Shown here: in pieces, positions 38,601-51,990 of the stretch
How the letters are laid out: each line of letters opens with the position of its first letter
Position numbering within the stretch: the first letter of the stretch is position 1
Assembly: GCA_028534125.1 (NCBI GenBank)
Contig: CM052840.1
Span: forward strand, 1,426,001-1,490,000
DNA from: Lama glama
Lineage: Eukaryota
Direction: 5' to 3'
DNA length: 64,000 nt
Position numbers and translations under genes: made by a program
The notes under the pieces: model-generated
The model's database searches: none
Told to the model about the DNA's origin: nothing
The model's input: only the letters and a program-made list of their open reading frames with translations

Positions 38601-38615
38601 GGCGCCCCCTGGTGA
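38601..38615 (-). promoter_or_regulatory. CTCF-like motif
   Basis: Minus strand TCACCAGGGGGCGCC versus consensus CCACCAGGGGGCGC. Confidence 0.55.
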
Positions 38616-41294
38616 GCAGACTGCAGAGAGACCTCTATTGCTTCCGGATCCCCCTGATTTCTGTTTAGCCCCCTGTTAGAAAAGGGGGCTGGGGGAGCAG
38701 ATACTATGAGGGATGGACGGCGCGTTAGGGGAAGCATTGCAAAGCCCAGCCCTGTCTGGGCTCCTAATTCCACCTCTGTTCTGCACTTCCTCCTCCCACC
38801 CTCCCCAACCCCTCCCCAAGCAGGGCCTCTGCAAACGGGGCTCCCTTCACCCTTCCTAAGAGGAAGCCTAGCCCTGTGTGTAGGGGGCTTTCCAAGCACA
38901 CGCAGTGGCACCAGATCTATGGATGTGACTGAGGTGGTTTTAAAAAGTCGGGGTACCTTAGGGGTACAGCCAGCCCTAAAAGATTCTTCCCCTTAGGAGA
39001 ATGGGGGACTGACCACTGGAACCTGTAAGAGCCACTCAGGGCTCAAGCTGGTATATTCTGAGGACTTGCCTCTCGGAGGTCCATGCTGAGACTTTGGGGA
39101 CGGCCCACTGAGGAGCATGGGACACAGGGGATGTCAGCAGCCAACCTCACGGCTGTGCCTCGTGGTGCCATGGAGGCCACTCAGGACCTGGGGTCCAGTG
39201 GCTTAGCTCCTGGCCCCACCCCCTTCTTTGCCATAGGCCTTCTCATCTTCGTCCCTCTCTGGGAACGTTCCTCCGCTGTCTTGCCTTCATTTCCCGATCT
39301 GTAGGACAAGAGCACTGGTGATGCCATCGTGATGCCATCTCACAAGGTGGCGAAGCACTGCTTCCATCCTCAGCTCCACTCCATGGGGCAGAGAGTGTCC
39401 TCACGTTTCCCACGTGGGAAAACTAAGGCCAGAAGAGGTTGTATAAGTTGTCCAAGGTCATAAGCTCATAAGTGACTGAACCAGGTCTGATTCCAAACCT
39501 TATGACCACAGCGCTGCATTGCCTCAAATGGAGCAGCACGTAGGAGAGGCAAGAAAACCAGTGCCCTGTGCTAGGTAAGGGGTTCAAAACATCAAACCTG
39601 GGAAGATGGAGACCTTGTTTCCCAAAGCGTGAGTATGAGGATTAGCATGGAAGGATTGGGAAGGGCTCCCTGATGTGAAATGAGTGTAGAATATTCCTAA
39701 ATTTACATCCCAGGAAAATTCTCTTCTAGCTCTTTCATTCCGTCAGCTATCACAGAGCATTGTTTGATACTCGACACCAATTATGTGTCTGGCATGGCGC
39801 TGGATTTGGGATTCCTGCCCTCCGGCAGTTGCAGCCTTGGGAAGGGGACAGGGGACTAAATCTGCAGGTACCATTTGATGAGACACGTGTCAGCCTTTGC
39901 TGGCGCAACCCGGAGGCACCCCACCCATGGTGGCTACAGAAGAAGTGAGGGCGTCAGGCAGAAAACAAATCTCCAGCTGCATCTGAAAGAAGAGAGAGAC
40001 CAGCCAAGCAGAGGCAGATGACCCCAGGCTTTGAAGAAAGAGAGATGGGTTCAAGTCATAACTGTCACGTGCCGTTTGATCTTGGGTACTTCGTTAACCT
40101 CTGAGTCTCCGTTTCCTTAGCTGTAAAATGGACACAATAGGCCCTCACTGGGAGTTTAAGAGCTACCTACTATACATGAAACGATTCACATATACAAGGT
40201 GAGTGGCTGCACTAGTATTTTTGTTGTCGTTGAGGGAGAGTTAGAGGTGTTCTCATGTCCACCGAGGGACAGCACGCACAGGGCAGAGAATTTACTGAGA
40301 AGGGCTGAAAGTGCAGGCAGGGCAGGTCAAGGGCTGCTAATGAGGGCTGGTGACGCCATCTCACCAGGCGAAGCACCCACTTCAATCCTCAGGTCGACAT
40401 TATCGGGTAGGTAGGACCCTATCTTGCACATGAGAAAACTAAGGCTCAAAGAGGTTCTATAACTATGCACATGGACTTTATCCATATGGGAGATTGGGAG
40501 CAAGTTGAGGATTTTAAGTGGAGAAACATCAAGACCAGATTTGTGGCATTGAAACATGGGATATTCAGAGTTCCTCTTCTGGAGGAAATGAAGGAAGTAA
40601 CATCGCCGAGGCACCATGTAACATCAGAAAGAACCCCAGCTGGGGTTGGAATCCTTGGAAAACCATACAGGTCTTCCAGGCCTGCTCTGGAGGAAGGACC
40701 ATCTACTGAGCAATCAAAGTGCCAGGAGGGTTGGGACCGCAGAAAGTGGACAAATCCCTCCCTCCCATCGCTTCCTTTCCTCCGGAATGTTTTTCTAATG
40801 ATTTCTTGCATTTGCATTGAGGTTTCTACCCCACAGAGACCCTGTGCAGGGGGTGGGGTACCACTGGCCTCTTCCAACCCCCATCTTGCAGAAGAAGCTG
40901 AGACTCAGGAGCCCTGTGACTAACCCAGGGGCACAGTTCACAGTGAGGGGAAGGAACTCCTGACCCTGCGGAGTGTGTGCGTGTATGGAGGGGGTGGGGT
41001 GGTGCAAAATGCACCCCTGCCAATCTGAGCTCCACATTCAGAGAATGGCATCCTGGGCCCTAGGGGGCTGCAGAGCAGGACCAAAGCCTGGGGCCGAAGG
41101 CCTCCAGCTCCAGAGAACTGGAGATACTCGCTTGGTGAGGTCAAGGACTTGCAGAGTTGCCTGGCAGGAGCGTTGTGCTGGACTTAGACAACTGCAGAAG
41201 TGCAGGCACGAGGCAGGGCCCAGGCAAGAGCTGAAGAGGTGGACACATGAAAGGACCCAGGCGGGTGGGCAGGTCAGTTTCCACTGCACGACTT

Positions 41295-41690
41295 TCCTGG
41301 GACGGCCGTAACCAAATACCGCAAACTGGCGGCTTCAAAAACAACAGAAATGTATTTCACAATTGCAGACTTCTGAAATCAAGGGTGGGGGGACCCTCCT
41401 TGCCTCCTCCCAGCTCCCAGTGGGGGTCAGCCGTCCTTGGTGTTCCTTGGTTTTCCTTGGCTTATAACAGGATTAATTCCAACCTCTGCTTCAAGCCTTC
41501 TCTCCTGTGTGTGTCCAACCAAATTTCTCCCATTTTGTAAGGACACCAGTCATTAGATTAGGGCCTCCTAATCCAGTATGACCTTATCTTAATTTGTTTG
41601 CACCTGCAAAGGTCCCATTTCCCCAAAACAGTCACACCAGGAATTAGGACTTCGACATCTCTCTCTAGGGAACACAACCCCACTCAACCA
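41295..41690 (-). mobile_element. MaLR (MLT1-type) solo LTR
   Basis: gccgtaaccaaatacc..aaacaacagaaat..taaggacaccagtcattagattagggcc..atccagtatgaccttatcttaat..ttaggacttcgacat. Confidence 0.85.
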
Positions 41691-42392
41691 CCATGTAACG
41701 GGCGGATGGGAGAGACAGGAAGCAGGAGTCCTCTGAGCACCGAGCTGATCCAGGAAGGCTTCCTGGAGGAGCCTGCCATTACAACTGAGCTTCGAGGAAA
41801 GGGCGACTTGGGCGCCAAAGTGCACGCAGGAGTGGGGAGTGGTGTGAAAAGAGGTTGGAAGGCAAGTTGGAGTTTGTATAGAGCTTGAATGTTGGGTAGA
41901 TGTCTTGAGAAGAAGCGTTTGGGGGAAGGGGGGGTCAGTAAGATGCACCTCTCAGACCACACCCCTCCTCACCCAGGGTGCATGGAGTGACAGCAGAGGG
42001 AGAGATGATCTCGGAGAAAGGGCGGCGAGCCTCTGACTGCGAGGGCAAACCGTCTGTAGAATGTCCTGTGTTAACATTCTTGTAGAGTTTGCATTCTCCC
42101 TCATGATGTGACCCTTTAATGATTTAAACTATGGGCTGTTTTCCCAAATACTCCAGTTCATTTGAGCTTCCCAGCCAGGTGTGGACCTGGTTCAAGGATC
42201 CCCCCAGAGCCCATATTCCTGATAACACAAAGCAGTGCCAAGAAACCACCGTCCGCAGCCCAGAGGCCAAAAAGTGCTCCTCTTTCCAAGAGTGAGGGAG
42301 CCCCTTACAGACGGTGTGAATTTCACACCAAACAGCTTCCTGCATCTCCACCCGCCCGCTCTGGGCCAGCTGAGCCCCGCCCCACTTGCACG

Positions 42393-42720
42393 CGCACACA
42401 CACACACACACACACACACTCACGTATACTACCTCACACACCCACACACCCCTCCCTCTTACACAGACATGCCTTACACGCACTCACATAACCACTCATA
42501 CACCTCACTCTTATGCTTCGCGCTTGCCTCGTACTCTGACAATGTAGCTCACGCTCACACGTGCCTTAAACTCTCACACTTACACACTTGAAATACACCT
42601 CGCACTTCCACACATCCGCACACACACCTGACACGAATATGCACACCTGTTCACGCACATGTTTATGTGCTCACGCACAGCCTGCACTCAGACATCTACC
42701 CCTCACACTCTCGTCCACAC
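42393..42720 (+). repeat. (CA)n microsatellite followed by CA-rich low-complexity DNA
   Basis: Seen directly. Confidence 0.85.
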
Positions 42721-45039
42721 GCTGGGAGCAGGTGCCCAGGCGCAGAACCCCTTTGGTGTGGAAGGTGAGTTGCCATAACATCCTCAGTCTTCGCCAGCGC
42801 AGGATCATCTGCTCTTAGGGTGTCCACACTGCCACGCCCTCCAGAGCCCTCTGCCAGGGTTTGCCCTTTGCCGGAGTAGCTAGAGGGCCCTCTGCACCCT
42901 CATATCCCTATGAGCTTGGGAAAGGTTGGGATCAATCTGTTTTACAGGCACGGAAACTGAGACACAGAGGAGTCTGGTGACTTCCACAAGCTCTGTAAAC
43001 GGGGTGGGGAGCCCGCTCTTCCCTGCCAGCCTTCACCTGCTCAGCACCTGGGGCGGGCCAGGCACGCAGCCAGCACTTGATAAACACGGGCTGAGTGAGT
43101 GAACGGATGGTTCCTTTACGCGAAGAACAGGGGACGATCCTGGTGCCCCGGTCCCAGTTTCCAACTTAGCCAGACTGGGTTCTCCTGGCTCCTGAGACAG
43201 TTTCTTTTTTTTTTCATGCAAAATCTCCCAGTGACCCAACCTCTTCCAAAGAGGAAATATCTGGCTGATGATTCAGAACGTTGGGGGTTGAGGGACTGGA
43301 TGTCGGGGAAGTGTTTGGGGACTTGCTGCCTGAGGTGACACTTTAGAAGTGATGGGTTTTCTAGGTGGTTGGAGAGATGTCTGTCTCCCGCACAATCGAG
43401 GCTCCCCTCCCCCTGCCGGCACCCTCCACGTGCTGCTCCACAGAGGGGCCAGTGAGGAACCCCAGGCCCGCAGCTGGTGGTCCCCTAGCCTGCTTGGGCT
43501 CTAGCTGGGCCGTCCAGGCTCCAGCCTTGGTCAGCTTTGGGGGGGAGGGGGTGGATGTACCAGCAGGACGAGGGGATCCCTCAGGCCCCATTCACTGTCT
43601 CCAAGGTGGCTCACCCTGCCCGTCTTATCTGCAGGACTAGAAGGAGGACTTCGGGGCACCCGGCCTCCTGTTCAACAGAAAATGGGCTTTGGTCCTAACC
43701 TCAGTTTAGCAAATTCACATTCTTGAAAACGAACACTTACAAGGGAATAGTAATTTACAAATCCCTTTCTCAGGCTCCCCACCCTAGATCCAGTGTCCCC
43801 ATCTCTAGCAGAAAGGGACTGGATTGGAGCTGCCGTCCCAACTTGGTCTTAGTCCACCTGAGACCTCAGACCCCTGCACCTTGGGGAAGCTGGCTCAACC
43901 CAGGGTGGAAAATGACCGCCTCATTGCTCTTCTCCGACCCCTCTCCACGTCACTGCTGGATTCTCCTGCCCTTTCAGAGACACTTCTCATCTACAAGTCT
44001 GCCGACATCGTCACAGAGCTTAAACACCCTCCCTCAGCTCCCCTTGGTCCTCCAGGCGATTCCCAAGCCTCCGTCTTGGCTTCTAAGACCATTCACAAAA
44101 CTCCTGCCCTTCCTGTCTCCCTTCCTCACCTCTGCCCGGTGTTGCCTGCGGGAGACCACTGGGAGCAAGCTGCTCCCGGAGGACTGTCCCTGCTGCTTGC
44201 CTCCCCATCCAGCCCAGCCTGTCCCTCCCCCCAGGATGCAGCATGCCCCCTCCCTTGTGTACCTGATGAGTGCAAGCCACTGTCTCCCCACCTCAGCCCC
44301 ATTCACACAGGTTCCCCTCAGGACCCTGCAGATACCGTTAACCTTTGTGGTCCCAGAGCATCTCAGTGTTGGGCGCACGGTGCCTAAACACATAACAAGT
44401 AACTGAATGGAATAAATGTGCAGCAAACGGCTAAACTGCAAGTCAGAAACTAAGGCGCCCAGAGGATGCCGGCTTTGAGAGTGCCTCTACAACGCCCACC
44501 TTCCTCGGAGCCCATCTGGCTGGCACGAGCACGAGGATGCAGATCCCGAAAACCAGCAAGACTTCAGATCCCCCTGCTTGGGGAGTGGGTTCCCTCTCCC
44601 CTGCGCGGAGGGCTCTGACAGGAGTGATGGGTCAGGATGGGGCTTTTCAGAAGCTGTGGGCGACAGCCAGCCTGTTAATCCAGGCTTGTGGTAACAGCCC
44701 CCAGCACCAGATTGTGCTAGTGTCACTCAGGGCCAAGAGAAATGCTGGCTCCCACCTCGGCTAGCTGAGGGCCAGGAGCTGGTGACCTGGCCAAAGAGTG
44801 CTTTGCTTGGGGTTTACATTCCAGGATCAGCTTCAGAGGCAAAGGACTAAGGTTGCCAGTGGGAGCCAGGCACCCACAGGGAGGCGGCACCGGAACCAGG
44901 CAGACCCTCCTTCCCCCTCCCTCCTGGGCACACCTCCCATGCCCTGCCCTGCCTGGTCCTCCCTGAGTACAAGTGGCAGCTGTGGAGGCAGGCAGGAGGA
45001 AGAAGACACTCGGCCCCTTCAAGGGAGCAGCAATTAATG

Positions 45040-45105
45040 TCTTTTTTTTTAATGGAGGCACTGGGGATTGAACCCAGGACCTTGTGTATGCTAAGCACAT
45101 GCTCT
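45040..45105 (-). mobile_element. 5'-truncated camelid SINE
   Basis: aatggaggcactggggattgaacccaggaccttgtgtatgctaagca; diverged TSD AAG(G/A)GAGCAGCA(A/T)TTAA at 45021-45037 and 45111-45127. Confidence 0.85.
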
Positions 45106-45555
45106 TTCCCAAGAGAGCAGCATTTAAATAGAGTATGAAGTACTGAGCTCTGAGCCACAGCATGCACAGCCATACACCCCTGGCTGATGGGGAGTCTCTA
45201 CCGGCTTACAAGGAGCCTTCACATTCAGGGTCTCCTTGGACCAATAGGAACTGAAAAGACTGAGTCACCTGCCCCAGGCCATGTGGCCACAAGGGGCAGA
45301 GCCTGGAATGGAAACCCATTCTCTGACCCCCGTTCCGAGGCTCAGGTACCCCTGCCTCAACTACACCAGTAGTTTCTGTAGCCCAGGATCTAACCCGAGG
45401 CCCTGCCTTCACAGGGTCAGTGAAGGCTCAGTCAAGTAGCAGATGTGAAAGTGTGAACCCCTGTGAAGATGGGGGTTATTTTTATTTACTTATTTCCCAT
45501 CTCAGTCCATCAAGGATCTTAGATGACTTAAAACAAAAGCACACCAGGGCTTAAA

Positions 45556-45604
45556 AAAACAAAACAAAGCAAAACAAAACAAAACAAAACAAAACAAAAC
45601 AAAC
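45556..45604 (+). repeat. (AAAAC)n
   Basis: About 10 units. Confidence 0.95.
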
Positions 45605-46325
45605 ACCAGAGTGAGTTAGTGAAAAGTGCTTGGTGACTGGATACCCAATGGATGGATCCCATGAAAGCTTTTACCCCAGTCTTAAGCATAGGTGTCCCCC
45701 TCTACTTCTCAATCCCCCAGAAATGGGAGTGATACAACCTTAGAGACTGAGAAAAGAGCACAGAAATGAAGGACAGAAAAAAAAAAAGATCTTTGGGGCA
45801 AGGGGACTCCTTTCAAAAATATAGACTAGCAGCCCTAGACTTTAAATCTACATAAATATCCAGCCACCCGTCTCCCAACTCTCAACAAGAACCCTTGTTT
45901 TGGCATTTTAAAAAAAAATCAGCACTGAGAGTAATTCAAAAGCCCTCCCTTTTCTCCCCTGAGTGAGGCTGCACCCTCTACCCCTCCCCGCGCCCCCCCC
46001 TCCAGCACAGAGCTCCAGCCTTAGGTGGTTTCAATGACCACTTCCTAGCCCTGAGCTTATCTTAACAGTCCTTTATCCCAGATCAGATCAGCTGTAGCTC
46101 AGGGATATGTTGTCATAGCTCCTACCACGACCACACAAACACACACTCTGTCTCTGTCAGAATTGAGGGGAGGGGACCTGGGAAGACCAGAGCCCAGCCA
46201 AACCCAAGCAGACAGGAAACCATCAGTCTGGCAGCTTCCCATCTTGTTTCATCCCACAGCAAGTCCACAAAGAGGTCGTGGGGCACATTTCAGGTCGAAG
46301 GAACTCTGACTTAGGGAGCTTAGTC

Positions 46326-46409
46326 TACTTGAGACTTGGGCCAATCAAGAATCCTCCCCAAGCCAAAGTATGCTGGCTGAGCCTTCTGTTTCTGGAGCCA
46401 GGTTGCCTG
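46326..46409 (+). repeat. Dispersed direct repeat, copy 1 (84 bp)
   Basis: 79/84 identical to 47900-47983. Confidence 0.93.
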
Positions 46410-46600
46410 CGCTCCAATCTGACTCCATCACTTGCCAGCTCTGTAATAAGCCTGCACGGGCAGTTATTTAATTTCTCTATGTTTCAGTTTCCTCATCTGT
46501 GCAATGGGGGACATCACATGTTAATACCTACTTTGTAGAGTTGTGGTGAGGATTGAGTTCATTCATACAGAGGCCAGCACACAGTGAGTATGTTTGCTGT
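46370..46600 (+). mobile_element. MIR
   Basis: ctggagccag..cagtttcctcatctgtgcaatgggg..gttgtggtgaggattga. Confidence 0.75.
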
Positions 46601-47899
46601 ATGAAAAAAGAGTAATTTTCACCCACAGAGTTGCCAAGAGATGAGGGATAGTCATAGTCAAAGAGTGGCAGAGCAGAGCAGGGCCTGGAGCCCAGGTTGC
46701 CAGATTCCTGAGCCAAAACATCATGCCAGTCTGGGGAGAGGGCACAGGGCTCCTGAGGGTCCTGTATTGAGAGAATTGGTTGCCAGGTGGGCAGAAGAAC
46801 AAGTGTGATTGACATTTCTAGTTTGTCCCTGCTGAAATACCGCAGAGAAGCTACAGCAGAGTTGAAATGGAACTCAGAGTTGATTTATCCAAACCCCTTT
46901 TTATCAATGGGGAAACTGACCCCTAAGAGAGAAGGTCCTTGGCCATGACCATGGTGTGGGTTAGTGGTACAAGAGGAGCTGGAACCCAGGACTCCTGACT
47001 CCTGTCCGTCTGTGCGTGTTTTCCCTGCTACTCCAGGCAGGAGACAGGCAAGCTCTCTGGCGTGGCCAGAAGAGCTAGTTTCTCCTTGGATCACATCCCT
47101 CCCAGGCCTGGCCTGTGAATAACCTTCAGTTTCCCGTTGTAATCGACAGCCTGGGGACTGTTTTCAGTGTCTGCAGCAGAGAATTCCCAAAATTCTTGGT
47201 AAGGCTTATGAGAATTTAGAATTTAAGTAGCTCACCAGTTCCATCTTGTTCTTCCAAGGTCCATTTGGGCACACAAGGCAGTGTGAGCCTTAGGGACTTG
47301 AGCGGTAACGTCAGACTGACAGGGTTTGCCTCCCAGCTCCGTTATTCCTAGCTAGAACTGCGTGGTCTTGGACATGACAGTATGCCTAAGACACTTAGAA
47401 CCAGGGCTGGCTCAATAAATGTTAGATAACATTATACCTATTACTGGAGTTGCTCAGTACATATTTGCTAAGTGAACAAATGAATGAATGAACAAACAAA
47501 TGTTTGGCTCACTGAAGAAACAAATTGCCTAAGCAGACCCCCTCTTACGGTCACAGCCTTGGGCAGCCCACAAAACTTGCTAGGCTTAGTTTGGTCAGCA
47601 GAGGGCAGCATTGAGTCAAGCATCCCAATTTGCCAGAGATTTGCAGCATTCACAACACTCTCTAGACTCCCACTTCCCAATCTTGCTCTTCCAAAGAGCA
47701 GGTTCCACCAGCCCCTGAGAAAGGGAGGCCAACACCTTCCAGGCCATGTTGTCCACCACCCAAGAGTGACTTGAGGGCTGTAATTCAGAGCTCTGGGGAA
47801 GAGAAATATAATGATTGAGGTCTTAGGCAAAATGGTGGTAAGCTGATCCCTGCAGCCAGCAGCAGCCCTTTTCCCAGAGGAAAAGAAAGAGGGGCCCTA

Positions 47900-47983
47900 T
47901 ACTTCAGACTTGGGCCAATCAAGAATCCTCCCCAAGCCAAAGCATGCTGGCTGAGCATGCTGTTTCTGGAGCCAGATTGCCTG
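47900..47983 (+). repeat. Dispersed direct repeat, copy 2 (84 bp)
   Basis: 79/84 identical to 46326-46409. Confidence 0.93.
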
Positions 47984-48272
47984 GGCGTCTATACTGAGAT
48001 AACTCCCAAGGCAGGAGTTGCTCTAGGACCTGGGAGACCCCCTGTAGCTCATCAGATCCAGAGAGTGCTCAGCTGGCCCTTATTTACTTCCCTGCCCCAC
48101 CCCTGCTACTCTGCTCTCTCGGCATCTCCCCTCACTCCCACCCCACCCACCCCACCCCTGAAAGTCTTTCATCACAGTTCACCAATTTCTACCCTCCCTT
48201 CAAGGTCTGACTGGCCTCTCTCCAGCCCCTGAGCCAGAATGACTCACCCTTTCAGCCCCACGTGCCATTTTG

Positions 48273-48472
48273 TGTGTGTGTGGATGTGCTCTATTTATTT
48301 GTTTATTTAAATTGAAGTATAGTTGATTTACAACATTGTGTTAGTTTCTGGTGTGCAGCATAGTGATTCAGTCATACATCTATATATACATATCTTTTTT
48401 CATGTTCTTTTCATTATAGGTTATTACAAAGTCTTGAATATAGTTCCCTGTACTGTACCGAAGGACCTTGTT
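48273..48472 (-). mobile_element. Cetartiodactyl-type L1 3' end
   Basis: attgaagtatagttgatttacaac..ttgaatatagttccctg; diverged TSD CCCAC(G/A)TG(C/G)CATTTTG at 48257-48272 and 48473-48488. Confidence 0.85.
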
Positions 48473-50616
48473 CCCACATGGCATTTTGGACCTGTCTTAA
48501 AAGCCTTCCCACTTTCTGCTTTGGATTATATGGTAAATTGTATATTTATCTTATTTTCCTTACTAAACTGTAAACTTGATAGCAGGGAGCTAATTCTTAG
48601 ACAGTCACCCCTCAAGATTCATCTTCTTTTTCAGATGTACTTCCTTTTCAGAAGAACTGCCTTACCCCCCCACTCCCCATCTCACCCCCAAAACACAGCC
48701 TTGGTATCCCTCTCCTGCCCACACAGTAGCACCCTGCATTTCACACATCACAGCAGTCCTTGCTCTGAGCCACATTAACATCCTGTTTTGTTGATCTGGA
48801 CCCACACAGACACACACACAGATTGTGAAGTATGTAAAGACTGGGTCAGATGCTTGTTCCTAATTGTCTTGCCAGTGAGGCACCTAGGAGGCTCAATAAT
48901 GGTTATCCCCAGAGTTCTTCACACAGCCATCACCCATAGGGCATGCCCCTCCCAATCTGGACTGGATGGTGGGGCAGGAAGGACTGAAAGGGCTCAGCTC
49001 AGCCCAGATTCCTGGGCACATCCGGGCACATGACCCAGGAATTCCCCAATATCTGGCAGCAGCCAAGTCCCTGATGTAATCAGGTTCCCTGTCTGCTATT
49101 CTCACTCTGCAAGAGATCAGGTCTCCCTTTAAGGAATTTGAGCATTGAGTTTCAGCAGTTAAGATCACTTCCGAGTCTTATGCTGTTCCTGCTCTGTGTC
49201 TGTTTGTCTGCCTCTCTTGCTTATCTGTGGTGGACAGACAGCAGCCAGGTCCATTCATCACTAAAGCCCTGTCTGGTAGTTTCTCGGAGGCCACCAGTCT
49301 GCATCTCTACTAGAACTGGAGAGATCTATTTTCTCTGAAGACTTTGGCTATCCGTGACTTGCCCTCCTAAATGGGGATTCACATTCTGGTCAAAGGAAGC
49401 TGAAATGGAATTGGGGAAGGTCCAAGAGTGCAGAAAATTTACCCTTATCCTCCCCAGCCTCCCCCAGCTCCCACCCTCCACCCCTGCCATGTCAGTTTAG
49501 CTGGGAATGGATGGAAATCACTTTCATCTTTAAATTTCACTGCACAGGCATGCCTTTGGTTCATAGGCATCTACTGAGCACCTCTTTTGTGCCTCGCAGT
49601 GGGCTCGGTGTTGGGGATACTGGGAAGAATCCATAGGAGTCTAGAGTAAGCTTGAAAGGAATTTTAGGCTCACCTGTATGATTCCTTCATCTTACTTACG
49701 AGAAAATGTTGATTCATCTGGCTAACAGTCTCAGCTTAAAAGGCCCTGTCTGCACGAAGTTGCCCCAGGCCAACCTCCTCCTCTTTGGGTTGGGGGCTCC
49801 CTCCTGTTATACACCCCAAGGCCATTCTGTTCCTTCCCCATTGTGGACACATCTTCTTCTGTCTAGGTTCTGCTTGTTTATTTCTCGCTAGACTGAGAAC
49901 TCTCTGAGGGCAGAGACCATGTCCATCCAGTCACCATCATATCCACAGGCCAGCATCCAGAGGGCACCAGTATTTGTAGAATGAATTAGTGATTGGTAAA
50001 AGGCACAGAAGTGGTTGGTGTCAGTCAGGACTAGAACTCAGGTCTCCTAACACTCAGCCCCGTGCTTGCTCTTATATTACCCATGCTTCCTATTGAGATC
50101 CTTAATCTATCTGGATGGCCTCAGCTCCCTGGGTGCCAGGAATGGATGCAGATCTCACTGGGGAAAGGCAATATCAGATCAGGGAAACTGTCATCTGGGC
50201 CTCATTCTATTTTCACAGATGACCCAGAGCCATAGGGGAGGCCATGGAGAGAAGAATGCCAAACTGGATACCACCTCCTGTGGCCTTCCAGACTTCAGGA
50301 AGAGGGGTTAGCTTCCTGCATAAGTGGGTTCTCTCCAGCCACAAAGGAGGCAAAGGGCCCCATTCTCCATCTGTCACTCACAATGGAATGGATCAAAGGA
50401 CCAGCAGAAGGAGGAAAGTGGGCAGACACTAAATACAAAATCCAGTCCTGGAGATGGTGTCTGTCTTGATCCTTAGCATGCCCTGAATACACCGCTGGAG
50501 GCACCATCCTCCCGGGGCTTCTGAATCTCAGCTCTGCCAGTTTCTCACCAGGTGTGTGGCCTTGGGCAGAATAATACCCCCTCACAGGAATGGGCTACCG
50601 TGAAGACTCAAGGGGA

Positions 50617-50699
50617 GATGGAGGGTATAGCTCACTGGCAGAGTGCATGCTTAGCATGCACGAGGTCCTGGGTTCAATCCCCAGTACCTCCATTAAAAA
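50617..50699 (+). mobile_element. Camelid SINE head (5' part of a split element)
   Basis: gagggtatagctcactggcagagtgcatgcttagcatgcacgaggtcctgggttcaatccccagtacctccattaaaa; left TSD AAGACTCAAGGGGA at 50603-50616. Confidence 0.92.
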
Positions 50700-50744
50700 A
50701 AAATAATAATAATACCTAAACATACAAATAGAAAGATAAACAAT

Positions 50745-51638
50745 ATGAGGCAGCAGAGGAATATCTCCCAGGCCAAGGCACAAGATAAAAATCCCAGAAG
50801 AAGAAATAAGTGATGAGGAGACAGGCAATTTATATGAGAAAGAGTTTAAAGTAATGATGGCGAGGATGTTCAGAGAACTCAAGAGGAGTATAAATGCACA
50901 GAATGAAGTTTTTAGCAAAGAGTTGGAAAACATAAAGAATACCCAAACAGAGTTAAAGAATAAAATCACTGAAATGAATAACACACTAGAAGGAACCAAG
51001 AACCAAGACTAAATGAGGCAGAAGAACGGATCAGTGAGCTAGAAGACAGATTAGTAGAAATCACTACTGCAGAACAGAAAAAAGTAAAAAGAATGAAAAG
51101 AAATGAGGATAGTTTAAGAGAACTCTGGGACAACATGAAGCACGCTAAGATTCGCATTATAAGGGTCCCAGAAAGAGAAGAGAGAGGGAAGGAACCTGAG
51201 AAAATGCTTTAAGAGATAATAACCAAAAACTTCCCCAGCTTGGGAAAGGAAACAGTCACCCAAATCCAGGAAGCGCTGAGTTTCACCCAGGATCAACCCA
51301 AAGAGGAACACACTGAAGCACATAGCCATCAAATTGACAAAAATTAAGGATAAGGAGAAAATATTAAAATTAGCAAGAGGAAAGTAACAAATAACATACA
51401 AGGGACTCTCATAAGGTTATCAGCTGATTTTTCAGCAGAAACTCTACAGGCCAGAAGGATGTGGCAAGATATATTTGAAGTGATGAAAGGGAAAAACCTA
51501 CAAACAAGAGTACGCTATCCAGCAAGGCTCTCATTCCAATTTGATGGAGAAATTCAAAAGCTTCACAGATAAACAAAAGCTAAAAGAATTCAGCACCACC
51601 AAACCAGCTTTACAACAAATGTTAAAGGAATTTCTCTA
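50745..51638 (+). pseudogene. Decayed full-length L1 ORF1
   Basis: ATG MRQQRN..EEISDEETGNLYEKEFKVMM..ELENIKNTQTELKNKITEMNNTLEG..RELWDNMK..LSADFSAETLQARR..YPARLS..TTKPALQQMLKEFL* with frameshifts. Confidence 0.88.
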
Positions 51639-51694
51639 GTCATCAAACCATAAGAAAAGAGAACAAAAAGAAATAAGAGAGAGAGAAAAAAAAA

Positions 51695-51990
51695 ATTGCT
51701 TTGGCAGTTCGGAGTCTTTATGATTCCATATAAATTTTGGAATTGTTTGTTCTAGTTCTGTGAAAAATGTTGTGAGTAATTTGATGGGGGTTGCATTGGA
51801 TCTGTGGATTTGGGTAATGCAGTCATTTTGATAATGTTGATTCTTCCAGTCCAGGAGCACGGGATATCTTTCCATTTCTTTGTGACATTTTCAGCTTCCT
51901 TCATCAGTGTTTTACAGTTTTTGGAGTATAGATAACTTCCTTGGTTAGGTTTATTTCTGGGTATTTTGTTCCTTTTGATGCAATGGAAAT
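51695..51990 (-). mobile_element. Inverted L1 ORF2 fragment
   Basis: Minus-strand peptide [28 protein letters not shown]. Confidence 0.88.

Noticed and set aside
43723-44406. 227-aa ORF and overlapping ORFs
   Set aside because: Non-ATG start, Pro/Ser/Leu low-complexity, no recognisable domain; partly L2-like sequence.
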